Made by a program: the position numbers and the translations under genes
Notes under the pieces: generated by a model
The model's input: the letters and a program-made list of their open reading frames with translations, nothing else
What the model was told of the DNA's origin: nothing
The model's database searches: none
Source of the DNA: Eledone cirrhosa
Taxonomy: Eukaryota
Direction of reading: 5' to 3'
NCBI GenBank assembly: GCA_964016885.1
Contig: OZ024743.1
Coordinates: forward strand, 254,014,001-254,078,000
DNA: 64,000 nucleotides
Shown here: piece after piece, positions 27,596 through 39,709 of the stretch
Layout: each line of letters opens with the position of its first letter
How positions within the stretch are numbered: position 1 is the stretch's first letter

Positions 27596-27600
<5 letters not shown>
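24691..27600 (+). mobile_element. 5'-truncated RTE LINE (APE C-terminus, RT, PHD insert, 3' UTR)
   Basis: Begins VDYILTRRRDR. ORFs 24724-25341, 25230-25673, 25701-26582 and 26657-27094 are joined by two frameshifts and one TAG. PHD at 26310-26441. (GAT)n tail then (TA)n. Confidence 0.95.
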
Positions 27601-27643
<43 letters not shown>

Positions 27644-27817
27644 TACATATATATATATATACACACATATATACACACATACATACATTAGAAGCTTTGC
27701 CATGCCGGTGACCAATCGTCACCTGTTTGTTCAACCCTGGTTTTGAGGAACAATAACCATGTATCTGGGTCATTACCCTTCATCATTGTATACCTCTCTG
27801 CCAATGTGTTGAACACT

Positions 27818-27998
27818 TGGCAGTATCGGTGGAGGGTCGGACGCCTTGCTTTGCAGCAAAGGGTTACGGCCCTTTATGGTCTGAGTTCAAATGCTGCCGA
27901 GGTTAACTTTGCCTTTCATCCTTACGGGGTCGATAAAATAAAGTACCAGTAATATACTGGGATAAGTGCTGGCCTTGTGCCAAAAGCAGTAACAATTA
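27818..27998 (+). mobile_element. SINE family A, full length
   Basis: Matches the family consensus. Confidence 0.9.
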
Positions 27999-28209
27999 TT
28001 TTAAGTATACATCAGCTGAGTAGCCTCATTTGCATACAGCGCGAGTTGCGGAATATTAAAGTTGCCGAATATTAAAATAAGATAAGAATCATATTTCTCA
28101 TTCTAGGACAGCTGATACATAAAAGTAAGTATGCATACATACACTCACACATACGTACACACACACATATAAATATATATATATACATATCTGTATATAT
28201 ATATACATA

Positions 28210-28252
<43 letters not shown>

Positions 28253-28261
<9 letters not shown>

Positions 28262-28558
28262 TATAAGTATTAATAAAATAGATGTTCTTTTGATCAATTA
28301 CATTTTATTATACATATTTCGGATGTACAACAGTACCTCCTCATCAGACAAAATATAATGATAAATGACGTACCCTGAGATGTTAAATGGTTAAGATTTA
28401 CTACCTTGATTAAATCTTAACCATTTAACATCTCAGGTTATGTCATGTATCATTATATTTTGTCTGATGAGGAAGTACTGTTGTACATCCGAAATATGTA
28501 TAATAAAATGTAATTGATCAAAAGAACATCTATTTTATTAATACTTCTATTTTAATAT
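28253..28558. repeat. 306-bp palindrome (two ~148-bp arms, 10-nt loop) carrying an HHR on each strand
   Basis: Arms 28253-28400 and 28411-28558 are reverse complements with about 5 mismatches. Confidence 0.95.
28452..28514 (+). ncRNA. Type I hammerhead ribozyme (mirror copy on the minus strand at ~28297-28359)
   Basis: Stem I AUUAUAUUUUGU/AUAAAAUGUAAU, CUGAUGA, stem II GGAAGUAC(UGUU)GUACAUCC, GAAAU AUGU AUA. Predicted cut after 28502. Confidence 0.8.
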
Positions 28559-28654
28559 TAATAATTCCAGAAAATTTTTTTTTTTAACTGTTGAGTGCTT
28601 CCAATCTACTGTAAAACTCATTCTTTGACATAATCATTGAATATTGTTTAACAC

Positions 28655-28690
<36 letters not shown>

Positions 28691-28727
28691 GAGGTTTTCA
28701 TGTATTTATATATATATATATATATAT

Positions 28728-28927
28728 AGTAAAAGGTATGACCCCGACGGCAGAGCTCAAACCATTTCGACGGCTATTTCTGGATAATTTCAGTCGAGAA
28801 ATAGCCGTCAAAACGGCCTGAAGTCTGCCGTCGGGTCATACCTTTTCCTATTACCCACTCTACTACCCTAAGTATTGAGTACTCTGGTGCGTTATAGTCC
28901 ATCTGGTTCCTTACCACAATTCCTTCG

Positions 28928-28928
<1 letters not shown>
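28728..28928 (+). mobile_element. Hairpin-capped short element (family C)
   Basis: Palindrome 28728-28850 plus tail, homologous to 21261-21452. A tail-only relative lies at ~56247-56323. Confidence 0.75.
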
Positions 28929-28979
<51 letters not shown>

Positions 28980-29199
28980 ACATACATATACATATGTACG
29001 TATGGGTTATATTGAACATTAATAATAATGGCACAGAGGTATACAGTCCTAATGAAGGGTAATGACCCAGATACATGTTGATTGTTCCTCAAAGCCAGTG
29101 TTGAGTAAACAGGCGAAGATCAGTCACCGGCATGGCATAGCTTCTAATCGGGCTCGTTTGTTTAGAAACAAATCAAACATTATTATTAATGATCAATAT

Positions 29200-29313
29200 G
29201 AGTTCAAATCCCGCCGAGGTTGACTTTGCTTTTCATCCTTACGGGGTCGATAAAATAAAGTACCAGTAATGCACTGGGTAATTGCTGGCCTTGTGCCTAA
29301 AGTAGAAACAATT
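29200..29313 (+). mobile_element. 5'-truncated SINE A with 18-bp target-site duplication
   Basis: ATTATTAATGATCAATAT at 29182-29199 and at 29311-29328. Confidence 0.85.
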
Positions 29314-29366
29314 ATTAATGATCAATATAATCCATACGTACATATGTATATGTATGTATGTATGTG

Positions 29367-29410
<44 letters not shown>

Positions 29411-29733
29411 AATATATGTATATATATATATATGTGTGTGTATGTATGCATACTTGTATATATATATGTAATCTGAGTTTTTTGAATATTAATAATTGTT
29501 TCTACTTTAGGCACAAGGCCAGCAATTACCCAGTTTGCAATTATGCAAACAGCCTCTTTTAAGCCATATCGGTAGAATGAACCCCTCATTCTTGCTCTTT
29601 TGTTGGTATGTAAACAGAGCTGCAGACACTTATGTTTCTGGGTGATTACTATTCATCAGTGCGGTTCACTGTTCACCTGCCAACTGTCAGAGCTAGTGAA
29701 AATATTTGATATTTTCAAAAATATACAGTGACA

Positions 29734-29832
29734 GATCAGCCTGATTTGCATATTAGCAGACTGGCTGATCAGTCAGATCTGCATATTAACAGATCCACTG
29801 ATCAATCAAATTTGCATCTCTGCAGATAGGCA
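29734..29832. repeat. Three 33-bp tandem units, each with an octamer-like motif
   Basis: GATCAG..ATTTGCAT..CAGA units start at 29734, 29767 and 29800. Confidence 0.8.
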
Positions 29833-30410
29833 AGTCAGTTTACTGTATACAACGAACGATTAATGGCCGGCTTTGCCATATTCAAATAAATAACACAGCC
29901 ATATCTGATTATGTGATGCTTATGTATGATGCATGAAGGCATGTGTCTTCATGGTTAGGTTATTGGACACTCAGTCATAAGGTCATATTCTTAAACCATA
30001 AGATATATTGTCCTGGAGTAAGGAACTTCATTTCACATTGCTCAAATAGCCTTGATGAAAATAACTACCAAAGACAGCATATATATATATTTATACACAC
30101 ACACACACATATGTGCCTGTGTTTTTCCAGTGTCTGTCCATGTCATGTCTGTTCAGATTTTGAAGGAAAGAAAAAACAACATATAATGTGGATGTTGAGA
30201 ATATTTGTATTAACAGCTCAACATATTTCTACGTTACTAATATAGAGCTACTGGCTATAAAACATTGTCTCAAATCATTCTATGCAAACCTATGCCAGCA
30301 TATAAAAGTGAGGATGATGATGATACATATATATATACATATATGTATACATAATACATATATGTATACATAATGCATAATATATATATACATAATACAC
30401 GTATATGTAT

Positions 30411-30847
30411 ATCATCATCATCACTGTTTTACGTCCGTTTTTCCATGCTAGCATGGGTTAGACGGGTTGTCCTGTTGTGGGCAGTCTCCAGTCGGCTTAC
30501 CTTGTCTTGCTCATACGGGAACTGATTCTGGCTTGATTTCTACAGCTGGATGCCCTTCCTAACACCAACTTCAGTTACAGTGAGTGCTAGGTGCATTTTT
30601 TCCGTGGCGCCTACACGTCGACTTTACAGTGTGAGCTGGTGCTTTTTTTGCCATGGCACCTCCACGACAACTTTGCAGTGGAATGATAGGGACCCCAGTC
30701 CTATCATCTCATTTCTACAGCTGAGTAAACTGGAGCAATGTGAAATAAACTGTCTTGCTCAAGGAAACAACACATCACCCTGTCCAAGAATTGAACTCAC
30801 AACCTTTCAATTGCAAGCCCAATGCTCTAACCACTAAGCCATGTGCC
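30411..30847 (-). mobile_element. SINE family B variant: tRNA head, CORE-like body, RTE-type 3' end with (GAT)n
   Basis: Head matches 50815-50935. Positions 30411-30680 match the 3' UTR 2140-2416 of the first RTE. Confidence 0.8.
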
Positions 30848-30899
30848 TTCATTATATACACATATACTGCACATACACACACAACAGAAATAACTAAAG

Positions 30900-31427
30900 A
30901 CTATGAGCACTGGCGCTCTGCAGTGATGAAGAAGACCTGACCTGCAACTTACAATGCGGTCTGACCTACTCTTCCCTTTCGACTACCACTCCCTAACAAT
31001 TATTCTCAACTCAATTTGCTATCTTAACCACCCCAACATGCATGCATTCCAGGCAGCCCCCTGTGAAGTGACAGGAATGGCATCCAGCCATGGAGAGCTT
31101 ACCGAGCAACCAAACAAAGGGTCAGGAAGACCCTCCAGTCATGTCAAGGGCATGACAACTTCCCTAGTGTTCGTGATTTACATGATAAATGCACCCAGTA
31201 CAGACTGTATAGTGGTTGGTGATAGGCAGGGCATCTAGCCATAGAAATCTTGTTCAAACAAAGGGTTAGAAGCACTCAATGGAACGTGAGACTTTACATA
31301 AGTGAGAAAAAGATCCCTGGGTTGCTTGGGGTATCAGAGGCTCTGCATTAGTACAGACTTTGTCTATATTAAACCGTTCAACCCTTGCTAGCTGGGAAAG
31401 GGGTATTAAAACGACAGTGATGATGAC
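30900..31427 (+). mobile_element. Old non-autonomous RTE-related element
   Basis: GCACCCAGTACAGACTGTATAGTGGTTGGTGATAGGCAGGGCATC module, then an ACCCTTGCTAGCTGGG stem-loop and GATGATG tail. The 5' boundary is approximate. Confidence 0.55.
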
Positions 31428-31881
31428 AATATATATCTTTATATATAAGAGAGAGTGAAGTAGTGAGTGTGTGTTTATTTATGATAAAGAGAAATAGTGA
31501 GAAAGAAAGAGAGCGAATGCAGGTGTATGAGTCTGTATCAAAGTGTACTTTATACAAACTATACAGTACTATAACATAATTGAATAAACCATTATATTGC
31601 ATGATGTCTTAAGTAATGCTGATGCCGAAAAAATTAACTTCAAATTAGGCAACTAAAATATTTGGTTTCCTTTACACTTTATTTGATTTCATATTAAAAA
31701 AAAACATATATTGAAATAATAGAGAAATCATAATGCATTATTATTATTATTATTATTATTATTTTGATTTGATATTAATATGATTTTAATTTCTGGGAAT
31801 GTCACATTCTTGGATTGAATTAATATTTGTTGTACACCTGCCGTATAATTTGTCCAGCTGTTATTCATTGTACTCTATGTA

Positions 31882-31938
<57 letters not shown>

Positions 31939-32465
31939 CAAAGAGTAAGAGCGTGTGTATAATAGAGAGTGAGAGAGACATTGAAGGGGAATATAATTTG
32001 CAATTCCAATATTTGCAATATGATTATTGAGTTCAGAATGCATTGTTCAACCTAAAAATATGGTTAGCTAATTCTTGGTGAATTTTCTACAGTTATTTTG
32101 TTTTGTTTTGTTGGTGTTTTTTTTACTTTCTCTCTATTTCATTCATACATTTCTTTCTAAAAACCTTTCACGATTTTTCTTTCTTAATAATTTTACTTTC
32201 ACTTTTATTTATTTATGTATTTATTGTGTCACTTTCTCATTTAACTTTTTCTTCTTTCATGATTCAATTCCTCTTTCTTTTCGTTTTCCAGAAATATTAA
32301 TGACCAATTGATATTTTATTTAGAAGTGTGGGTTTTATATATTTAGGTTTAAGTTTATACTGAAAACTGCTTTATTTATTTCAAGAATTTTGGTATGAAT
32401 TGTATGATGGTAGAAATCAATTTCATTTCTGGTGTATAGTCAAGGATCTGAAGACCTATTTAATG

Positions 32466-32539
<74 letters not shown>

Positions 32540-32999
32540 AAAAATGAACAGTTTCAAATTGTTTTAAGTTCTTTTGTAGATTAAGTTTAATTTCTTGGGT
32601 ACTGACAACCCTATATGATCATATTTCTAACAAGAGTAAACTGCTCCTGTGATTTAATTATCAAAATAATCAAGAATTATGTGGGTGTTAGTGAAATAGC
32701 TAATTTCAACTTAATGGTAGATGACAAATAACTAATTACTAAAATCTAATATTATCTGTCGTGTATTAATGATTTCTATTTTAAGCAAAATGCCAGCAAT
32801 TTGTGTGGGATGGGAATGTCAACTATATCGACCTCAGTACTTTAATCATACTCTATTTTATCTACCTCAACGGGGTGAAGGGCAATGTTTACCTGAGAAT
32901 GACTTGAATTCAGAATGTAAAGAGTAGAAACAAATGCTGTAAAGCATTTTGTCCTAAACTCTAACAACTCTGCCAACCCACCACATGTAATTGTCATAT

Positions 33000-33148
33000 A
33001 ATTGTTTCTACTTTTGGCACAAGGCCAGTAATTAGCCAGTGCATTACTGGTACTTTATTTTATCGACCCCGTAAGGATGAAAGGCAAAGTAAACCTCGGC
33101 GGAATTTGAACTCAGAATGGCGTCCGACCCTCTACCGATACTGCCAAT
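33000..33148 (-). mobile_element. SINE family A (internal deletion)
   Basis: Reverse complement of the family consensus. Confidence 0.85.
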
Positions 33149-33924
33149 AATAATCAGACTTCAGTTCAAGAGTTGAAGCTAAATTTGAACACTTTCATTG
33201 AAGCAGTTTGGGGCAGGTTGATGTTGAAAGGGTTAATCTGTTGCTCAGCTAAACACTAGCACCTAGCTCTTGAAATCCACTGTTTCAAACACTCCAGTCA
33301 GATCTCCAAATTTATACACCTTCCACTTTCTCTCACACCCACCAGTTGCAGAAGCCCTGCAAAGAGTAACAAAGAAAGTTTCAAACAGTACAAATGTAAA
33401 GAATTATTTAAACTGAAAATGTGAAGAGATGCGATGTCACAACTAATAAAATTCAACTAATTCTGAAAATAATCAAGAATTTGGAGAAATATAATTAACT
33501 TTTACATTATTAATCTGTTGGAATATAACTTAAAATGTTCTTACATAGCATTATGGTGGAATGTTTAAACTATAAAGCAAATGGCATTTTATAATAAAAC
33601 AAGGGACGATTCCGGGTAGTTTGTTATTAAAAGTGTGAATACAACCTTAAGTAAATGGCTTCACTTGCATGCGAAATTCATGTTTTCCCAATAGTAAAGA
33701 GAAAATGAGAAAAGAGAAAATCTTTGATAGCAAAGCATGATACAACAGCCCTGTGAGATAGTAAAGAAGTATCTTTACTACTAAACTGTGTAAAATATAG
33801 GAAAATGAAATTTCTTTTCAATTGTTTGGCTCCAATACATGTCTCTGGCGATATTTCCTTCCCCTTTAGTTCGTGATAAGCTTCATTTAATACGTGTTAA
33901 ATCTCCATCTCTGTGTGTGTATAT

Positions 33925-33984
<60 letters not shown>

Positions 33985-34001
33985 GCACAATCAACTTGTG
34001 C

Positions 34002-34033
34002 GTGTGTATGTGTGCGTGTATATATATATACCC

Positions 34034-34107
<74 letters not shown>

Positions 34108-34153
34108 GTGTGTATATATATATATATGTGTGTATATATATATATACACACAC

Positions 34154-34201
<48 letters not shown>

Positions 34202-34231
34202 GGGTATATATATACACGCACCCATACACAC
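34002..34231. repeat. Microsatellite-derived palindrome
   Basis: GTGCGTGTATATATATATACCCATATATATATATAAATA is mirrored by TATTTATATATATATATGGGTATATATATACACGCAC. Confidence 0.85.
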
Positions 34232-34699
34232 ACATACATATACACACACACATATATATATAGTGTGTTAGTAGACTATCACTTCACTGACATAGTGCAA
34301 ATTGATAATGTATGTAGATTTTGAAATAGTTTTGTATTGATGGTTTGATTGTTGGCATTTGTCCACATCCTACAGCAATGGCCCTGACAACATTCACACC
34401 TTACTGATATCACCTGTTATGGTGATACATTCAACCTTACTGAGCAAATGTATCTATAGAACATAGATGTATATTCAGAACACTACTTAAATGAAACAGG
34501 AAAAGCAGTGTTCTAAATCTTATCATCACAATAAAAACCGTCATCTTCATCATTGCATTCATCTTTATCAGCATTTTCATTATCTTTATCGGGCTTGTCT
34601 TTATAATAATCATCTTGTCATCATAACTGTATAAAGAATGACATGATGCTGAATGAAAACAAAAGTAATATATACAAACACACCGACCACAACTAAATA

Positions 34700-35315
34700 T
34701 TGAATGATACGCAATGCGGCCCCGCCACAGCCCCGGCGGTCAGAATGGAGAAGGCGTTTCTCCGGAGGACAGCAAGGGAGATGTGCTGGAAAAGTCACTC
34801 CAACTCGTGGGGCTCACACCTGCAGCTGTCCAGCTCAGTGCCTATGGTGGTGAGTAGGGAGGTAGCTCTAGGGCCAAGGACACCAGAAGTCTCCATTGCA
34901 GGGGTACAACCGCAAACCTGTCGGAGAGCGACCGGTATTTGAGGAGTTTAGCCTCTTCAGCCCGATGTGCAGCAGAACCCGGATTAATCACAGACTGCAC
35001 CAGGTTGCGGCTGGAGAAGTATCAGTGCAGGTGGCATCCCAGATGAGGGGTTTACCACCGCGGAATGGGAAGATGGTCATGCCATCCCCTCAGTCCAGCC
35101 TCAACGGCTCAAGCTGGGAAGGGAAGCCTGCAGCATCCAAGCCATGCTTTATGACCTCGTTGAGGGCAGTATGGCGTGGAAGCTGGCCGGCACTGTGGCG
35201 ACAGGAAAGTGGGTGGATGCTGAAAGGGTCCATGGTGGATCCGCAGTGACATTGGTGCGGCTCGCAGATCCGGAGGCCGATCTGTATAAACGCAAAACTT
35301 TTTCTCATCACATTT
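34700..35315 (-). mobile_element. CRE-clade non-LTR retrotransposon 3' fragment (zinc knuckle plus restriction-like endonuclease), decayed
   Basis: CHCGSTMD..HPLSC..RHTALN..LEP..DGMTIFP..LIWDATC..AAHRAEEAKLLKY..METSGVLGP..QHISLAVLRRNA. Forms a GC-rich island. Confidence 0.85.
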
Positions 35316-37299
35316 CAATGTTTAGTCAGGAAGGAAAGGCTAATGCAGTACCCAAGACCAATCTCACCCCTAAATTTATTATTGGGTTTTGCTACTTATT
35401 TCATCAAATTCTATTTGTTGAACTGCTAATTTACAGGGCATAGAAATCCCGCATCAGTTCTTTAATGATGTAGATGTAAAGAGATATTTATATTTAAGTG
35501 CATGTGAACACTATACACAACAATTTTCATTATATCTATATATACACATGTTTCGTTGATGCATATATATACACATATATATACATATCACAATGATGGT
35601 GAAGCATATATACATTTATGAGAGGATTTAGCACTGATTTTGTCTACCAGATTCCACTCGGAAGGCATTAGTCAATCGAAAGCTGCTGTAGAAGATAGAA
35701 AGCACTTGCTTAATGTACTACAATATGGGGATGAACCCAAAAATAGGTGATTGCAAAGTGAAATAACTCCCTTAGCCACACAGCTATGCCTGTGTCTACA
35801 TATTACATATTACCTATTTATTTCCAACTATCTCGATTAGTGATGCAGACATTAATTATTTCAAACTTTTAAGATAGCATATTCCCTTCTGGATATTCCA
35901 TTATATACATGACATTTTCAGAAAGATTATTACACATGGTGCAATATTTCAGCTTGTTTGTGTCCATTCACTACTGTTTCTGAAATCTATTTCAAATCCC
36001 TTTTTCATTATATAATTTCTAAGGTTTTGTTTTGTTGGGGTGGAAGCCATTAAAATGTTCTGAAAAGGAAAGGAAGAATGATGGTCAAATATAAAACTAC
36101 TATGGTATCAATTCAGCATACAATAGAAATGACACAATCAAATTGTCCCTGATTATTTTAAATATTTAAATGTCATATCAAATTTCAAAACAAAAATGTC
36201 ATATCAAATTTCAAAACAAAAATAAACAACAACAAAAGTTATTTCATTCCTCAGTGTTTGTTGTTTGTTTTTAAAATTATTTCCTTGAATTGTATTAATT
36301 ATCTAATAGTTTCGTGGAATATCTGCAAAGTCATTGGAGTGTTAGATTAATTAGCTTGAACTATTTCTTCTGGCTCACTTTATTCCTGGTTCAAATCCTG
36401 CCAAGGACAACTTTACCTTTCATACTTTCAAGGACTATAAAGAGTGATGGTTTGGTAAAATTATTAGAGTATGCATTAGAGAATTTCTTTCAGCCCTTTG
36501 TGTTCTGAGTTCAACTGCAATATCATTGGTTCCAACCTTTATCAGCCCTTGGAAATCACTGGTATTGTAAAGAGGAGAGACTTACATGCATGTGTAACAC
36601 TGACAGTCTGTCACTAAAAAACTTGCCCTGGCTTGTGTCTAGAAGAAGTAATTTGAAGGTGCAAACTTCCAACTAAGAGATGAAATAATTCCCAGTGAAT
36701 AGTGCAGTTGTAGAGAATTTCTTTAAATCGACTTTGAAAAATGTATATAGATTATATGTAAAATAAATGTTTGAACTTAGCTTATTGTCAGAAATAATTG
36801 CACTACACAAATATATTTATATCCATATGATGTGCGAATAAATATTCATGATAGAGAGAAAATTGCCAAAATTTCAAAAACAAATACACCAGGAACAACA
36901 ACAATATAAATAACAACTATAATAACTACAAACATGAAAGTGTTTACCAACATAAATTAATTTTTTTAATGTGTATTTTCTTAATGTTTATTTTATATTT
37001 TTACAAAAGTTCTTTTGTTCTGCAAACATATCAGTTGAAGGAATGTTTAACAAATTGACTTAATGGAAAATTTGGTAACAGACTCAGAAAGAGAGACACA
37101 CACACATAGCATTACTAAAGTGCTTACAGTTATGCCTGTAAATTCAGCTATACATATTCAGTACTCTTTCTTCCATGTATGCATCCAAATGTGAATGTCT
37201 GTGTGTATGTGGGTGCATGTGTGAATATACATATATATATTAATATAACAAATTGTAATAACTACACCCTTATTTACTCATCAGAGAAAAGGTGTCGTT

Positions 37300-38340
37300 C
37301 CTTCCAAGCTCATCTTTTGGCCTTAATTTTCTCATCTACTTTACTATTCCACCACCAAGTCACTCTCCTTCTCCCTAGAGACCTACTCCAACCAAAGATT
37401 TCATTTGACACCTTCAGGAACTTCCACTGCTCTTCTATATAGTATTTCTCTATTTACTCTTCCTTACTGTTGAGGGTGTCAATCAACATACTTCTTAATT
37501 TTTATTATTGTTTGATGGGGTTTTTAACTTCCATATTCTTCTACTCCAGGTTGTCTTCTGTTGCCAGGTTCTTCTAGCCCTGACTATAAAGTTGCTAACT
37601 ACTATGTTATGTTGGGCGATGCATTCTTCACTAGGGTATGACTTTGTGTTCACAACAGTCTCTCTGTCTTGTCTTCTGGTAAGAATGAAATCTATCTGGC
37701 TAGCATGCTCACCTGATCTATAAGTGATTAAGTGGTTGTCTCATTTTTTTTAGTTCGTGTTACAGATAGATAGGTCATTTGCATTGCAGAATTCCAGGAG
37801 CCTGAAACAGTCCTCATTTCTAGCGCCGAACCCGTAACATGCCTGTTAATGTCATTTGTAATGAATGTGGGGTCGTTGTTGTTTATTTGGGAGCTAGTAA
37901 GCATAATGTACTCATAGCACCTATATATTTAGTACAAATCTAATTTTAATTATTCTGTCATTTAATCTATTTACAACAATAACTTTGTCTACCCACTTTA
38001 CTGCTACCAAAATCCCTATTTCACCCAGCCAATCATCCTTTCCCACCTACAAATATTTGTAGCATCGTCTTTCGACCACAAGGAATCTAGCTGACATTTC
38101 CCTCTATCTAGTCTCTTGTATACAGCATACATAAATTTTCTTTCGTTCAAACATACCTGCAAGCTCTACAGATCTTCCTTTCATCGTGACTATGTTGATG
38201 ATGCCAGCTTTGAAGTTATGGAGTTCTGTGAAAGAGTGTGAGGAGAAGATGAAATCTTGGTAGGGGGTGTTTCTGAAATAAAGAGGAGCGTTGCATGGTC
38301 GTCCTGAGGAGGCTGGTGGGTTCATATTCATCATCAGTAA
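37300..38340 (-). mobile_element. Decayed RTE 5' portion (APE domain)
   Basis: AGIINIVTMKGRSVEL..VCCIQETR; downstream FCNANDL, IDFIL and VTWWWNSKV. Confidence 0.85.
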
Positions 38341-38499
38341 TGCTCCAGCTTAGTAATCCATATGCCATGCAGAACAACATCAGGCCCATAACAACTGTAC
38401 TAGAAGTAAGAGTGTTAATTGCAATAGAGATTGAGTTAGTAGTTACGTGTTTGTGCTGCGGTGTTTTGATTGTTTTATATGGCAAGGGTGATGGGAATA

Positions 38500-38930
38500 G
38501 TGTAAAAGAAAAAAGAAAAGAAAATATAGTCTGGAGGAAAACGATCTAAGGGAGGTGGAAAATAAGATAAACAGGAAATATGGCGAAAGAGAAACGAAAA
38601 TAAAAATGTAGTCTGGAGGAAAACAAGTTTTTTCACCTGAGGAGGCAGTGTATGGGGAGGGCATGCTTGGTGAGAAAAAGTAAGAGATTATATTACGTTT
38701 GACGAATGAAATGAAACGAACAACAGGGAGGAAGACGAAGTAGGAAGTATTCGTTTTCTTTTTCTCTAGAACAATCTAAGAGGGGTGGGAAACAAGATAA
38801 AAAAGGAAATATGGTGAAAGTGAAGCGAAAGGAAATGTAGTCTCGAGGAAAACGATATAAGGGAGATTGAAACGAAGATAATCAGGAAATATGGCGGAAG
38901 AGAAACGAAGATTAAACGACCTTGGCTTAC
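38500..38930. repeat. ~82-bp purine-rich tandem units upstream of the RTE 5' end
   Basis: GTCTGGAGGAAAAC and CAGGAAATATGGCG.AAGAGAAACGAA repeated about 4 times. Confidence 0.7.
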
Positions 38931-38984
38931 TTTAGAGCAGGTGAGGAGAGGAGTTTCCACTGCATAGTTTGTCTCTTCGTCTCT

Positions 38985-39663
38985 GGCTCAAGGTAATGAA
39001 ACTATCATTCATCCTGGATTAAAAAACATTCAAGGAAACCATCTACCTCAAACAATGTCAGATTTTCCCGTGATGTGATCTGTCTGGTGTACCTCTGATC
39101 AGGTGTCAGAAGACGTGGCACCCACCGAGCAGTAACCTTCCTCTAGCCAAGTTCATTGTGCAGAAAATTTTCAATTCTCTCATGAGATATGCTTACAGCA
39201 CTGGCTCTTTATTTTATAGTCAATGGCTTATCAGAGCCTTCTCATCTATCACCTGGTGGTAAACAGGATCAATGATTTCTTCACCGGTGGCACTTGCAGG
39301 ACGCCCAGATCTTGGGGCAATTTAAATACTCTCCTTCCCCACTTAAATTCAGCTGCCGACATTTGCACTGTTGATGAATATGCAGTGTCATCTTCTAATG
39401 TATCACCCATGTCAGCATGAATGTCCTTGGGGCTAAACCATTTTTCTGCAGGTACTTGATAACACCACGATGCCAAATTATGTCCATTTTCAAGATAAGC
39501 CACCACTAGTTAACTTCAAAAAATTCTCTGAACAGTCAGATTTCATTTTACCTGGGAGGGAACAATTGTGTTCTTAATAAGAAGAATGGAAATTAATGTA
39601 TGCAAGGTTTCACTGCTCTAGCATCACTCCCTCATAGTCACCTTATGAACTTAGAAATCCTAC
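38985..39663 (-). mobile_element. Mariner (Tc1/mariner) transposon 5' fragment, pseudogenised
   Basis: From ATG 39487: HRGVIKYL..PKDIHADM..STVQ..AEFKWGR..GRP..KVTARWVPRLLT (WVPxxL motif) ..QDE. TIR-like end near 39660. Confidence 0.85.
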
Positions 39664-39709
39664 CCTAATTGATTTAAGAATTAGGCTGTGTGGTTACAAT
39701 GATAATATC

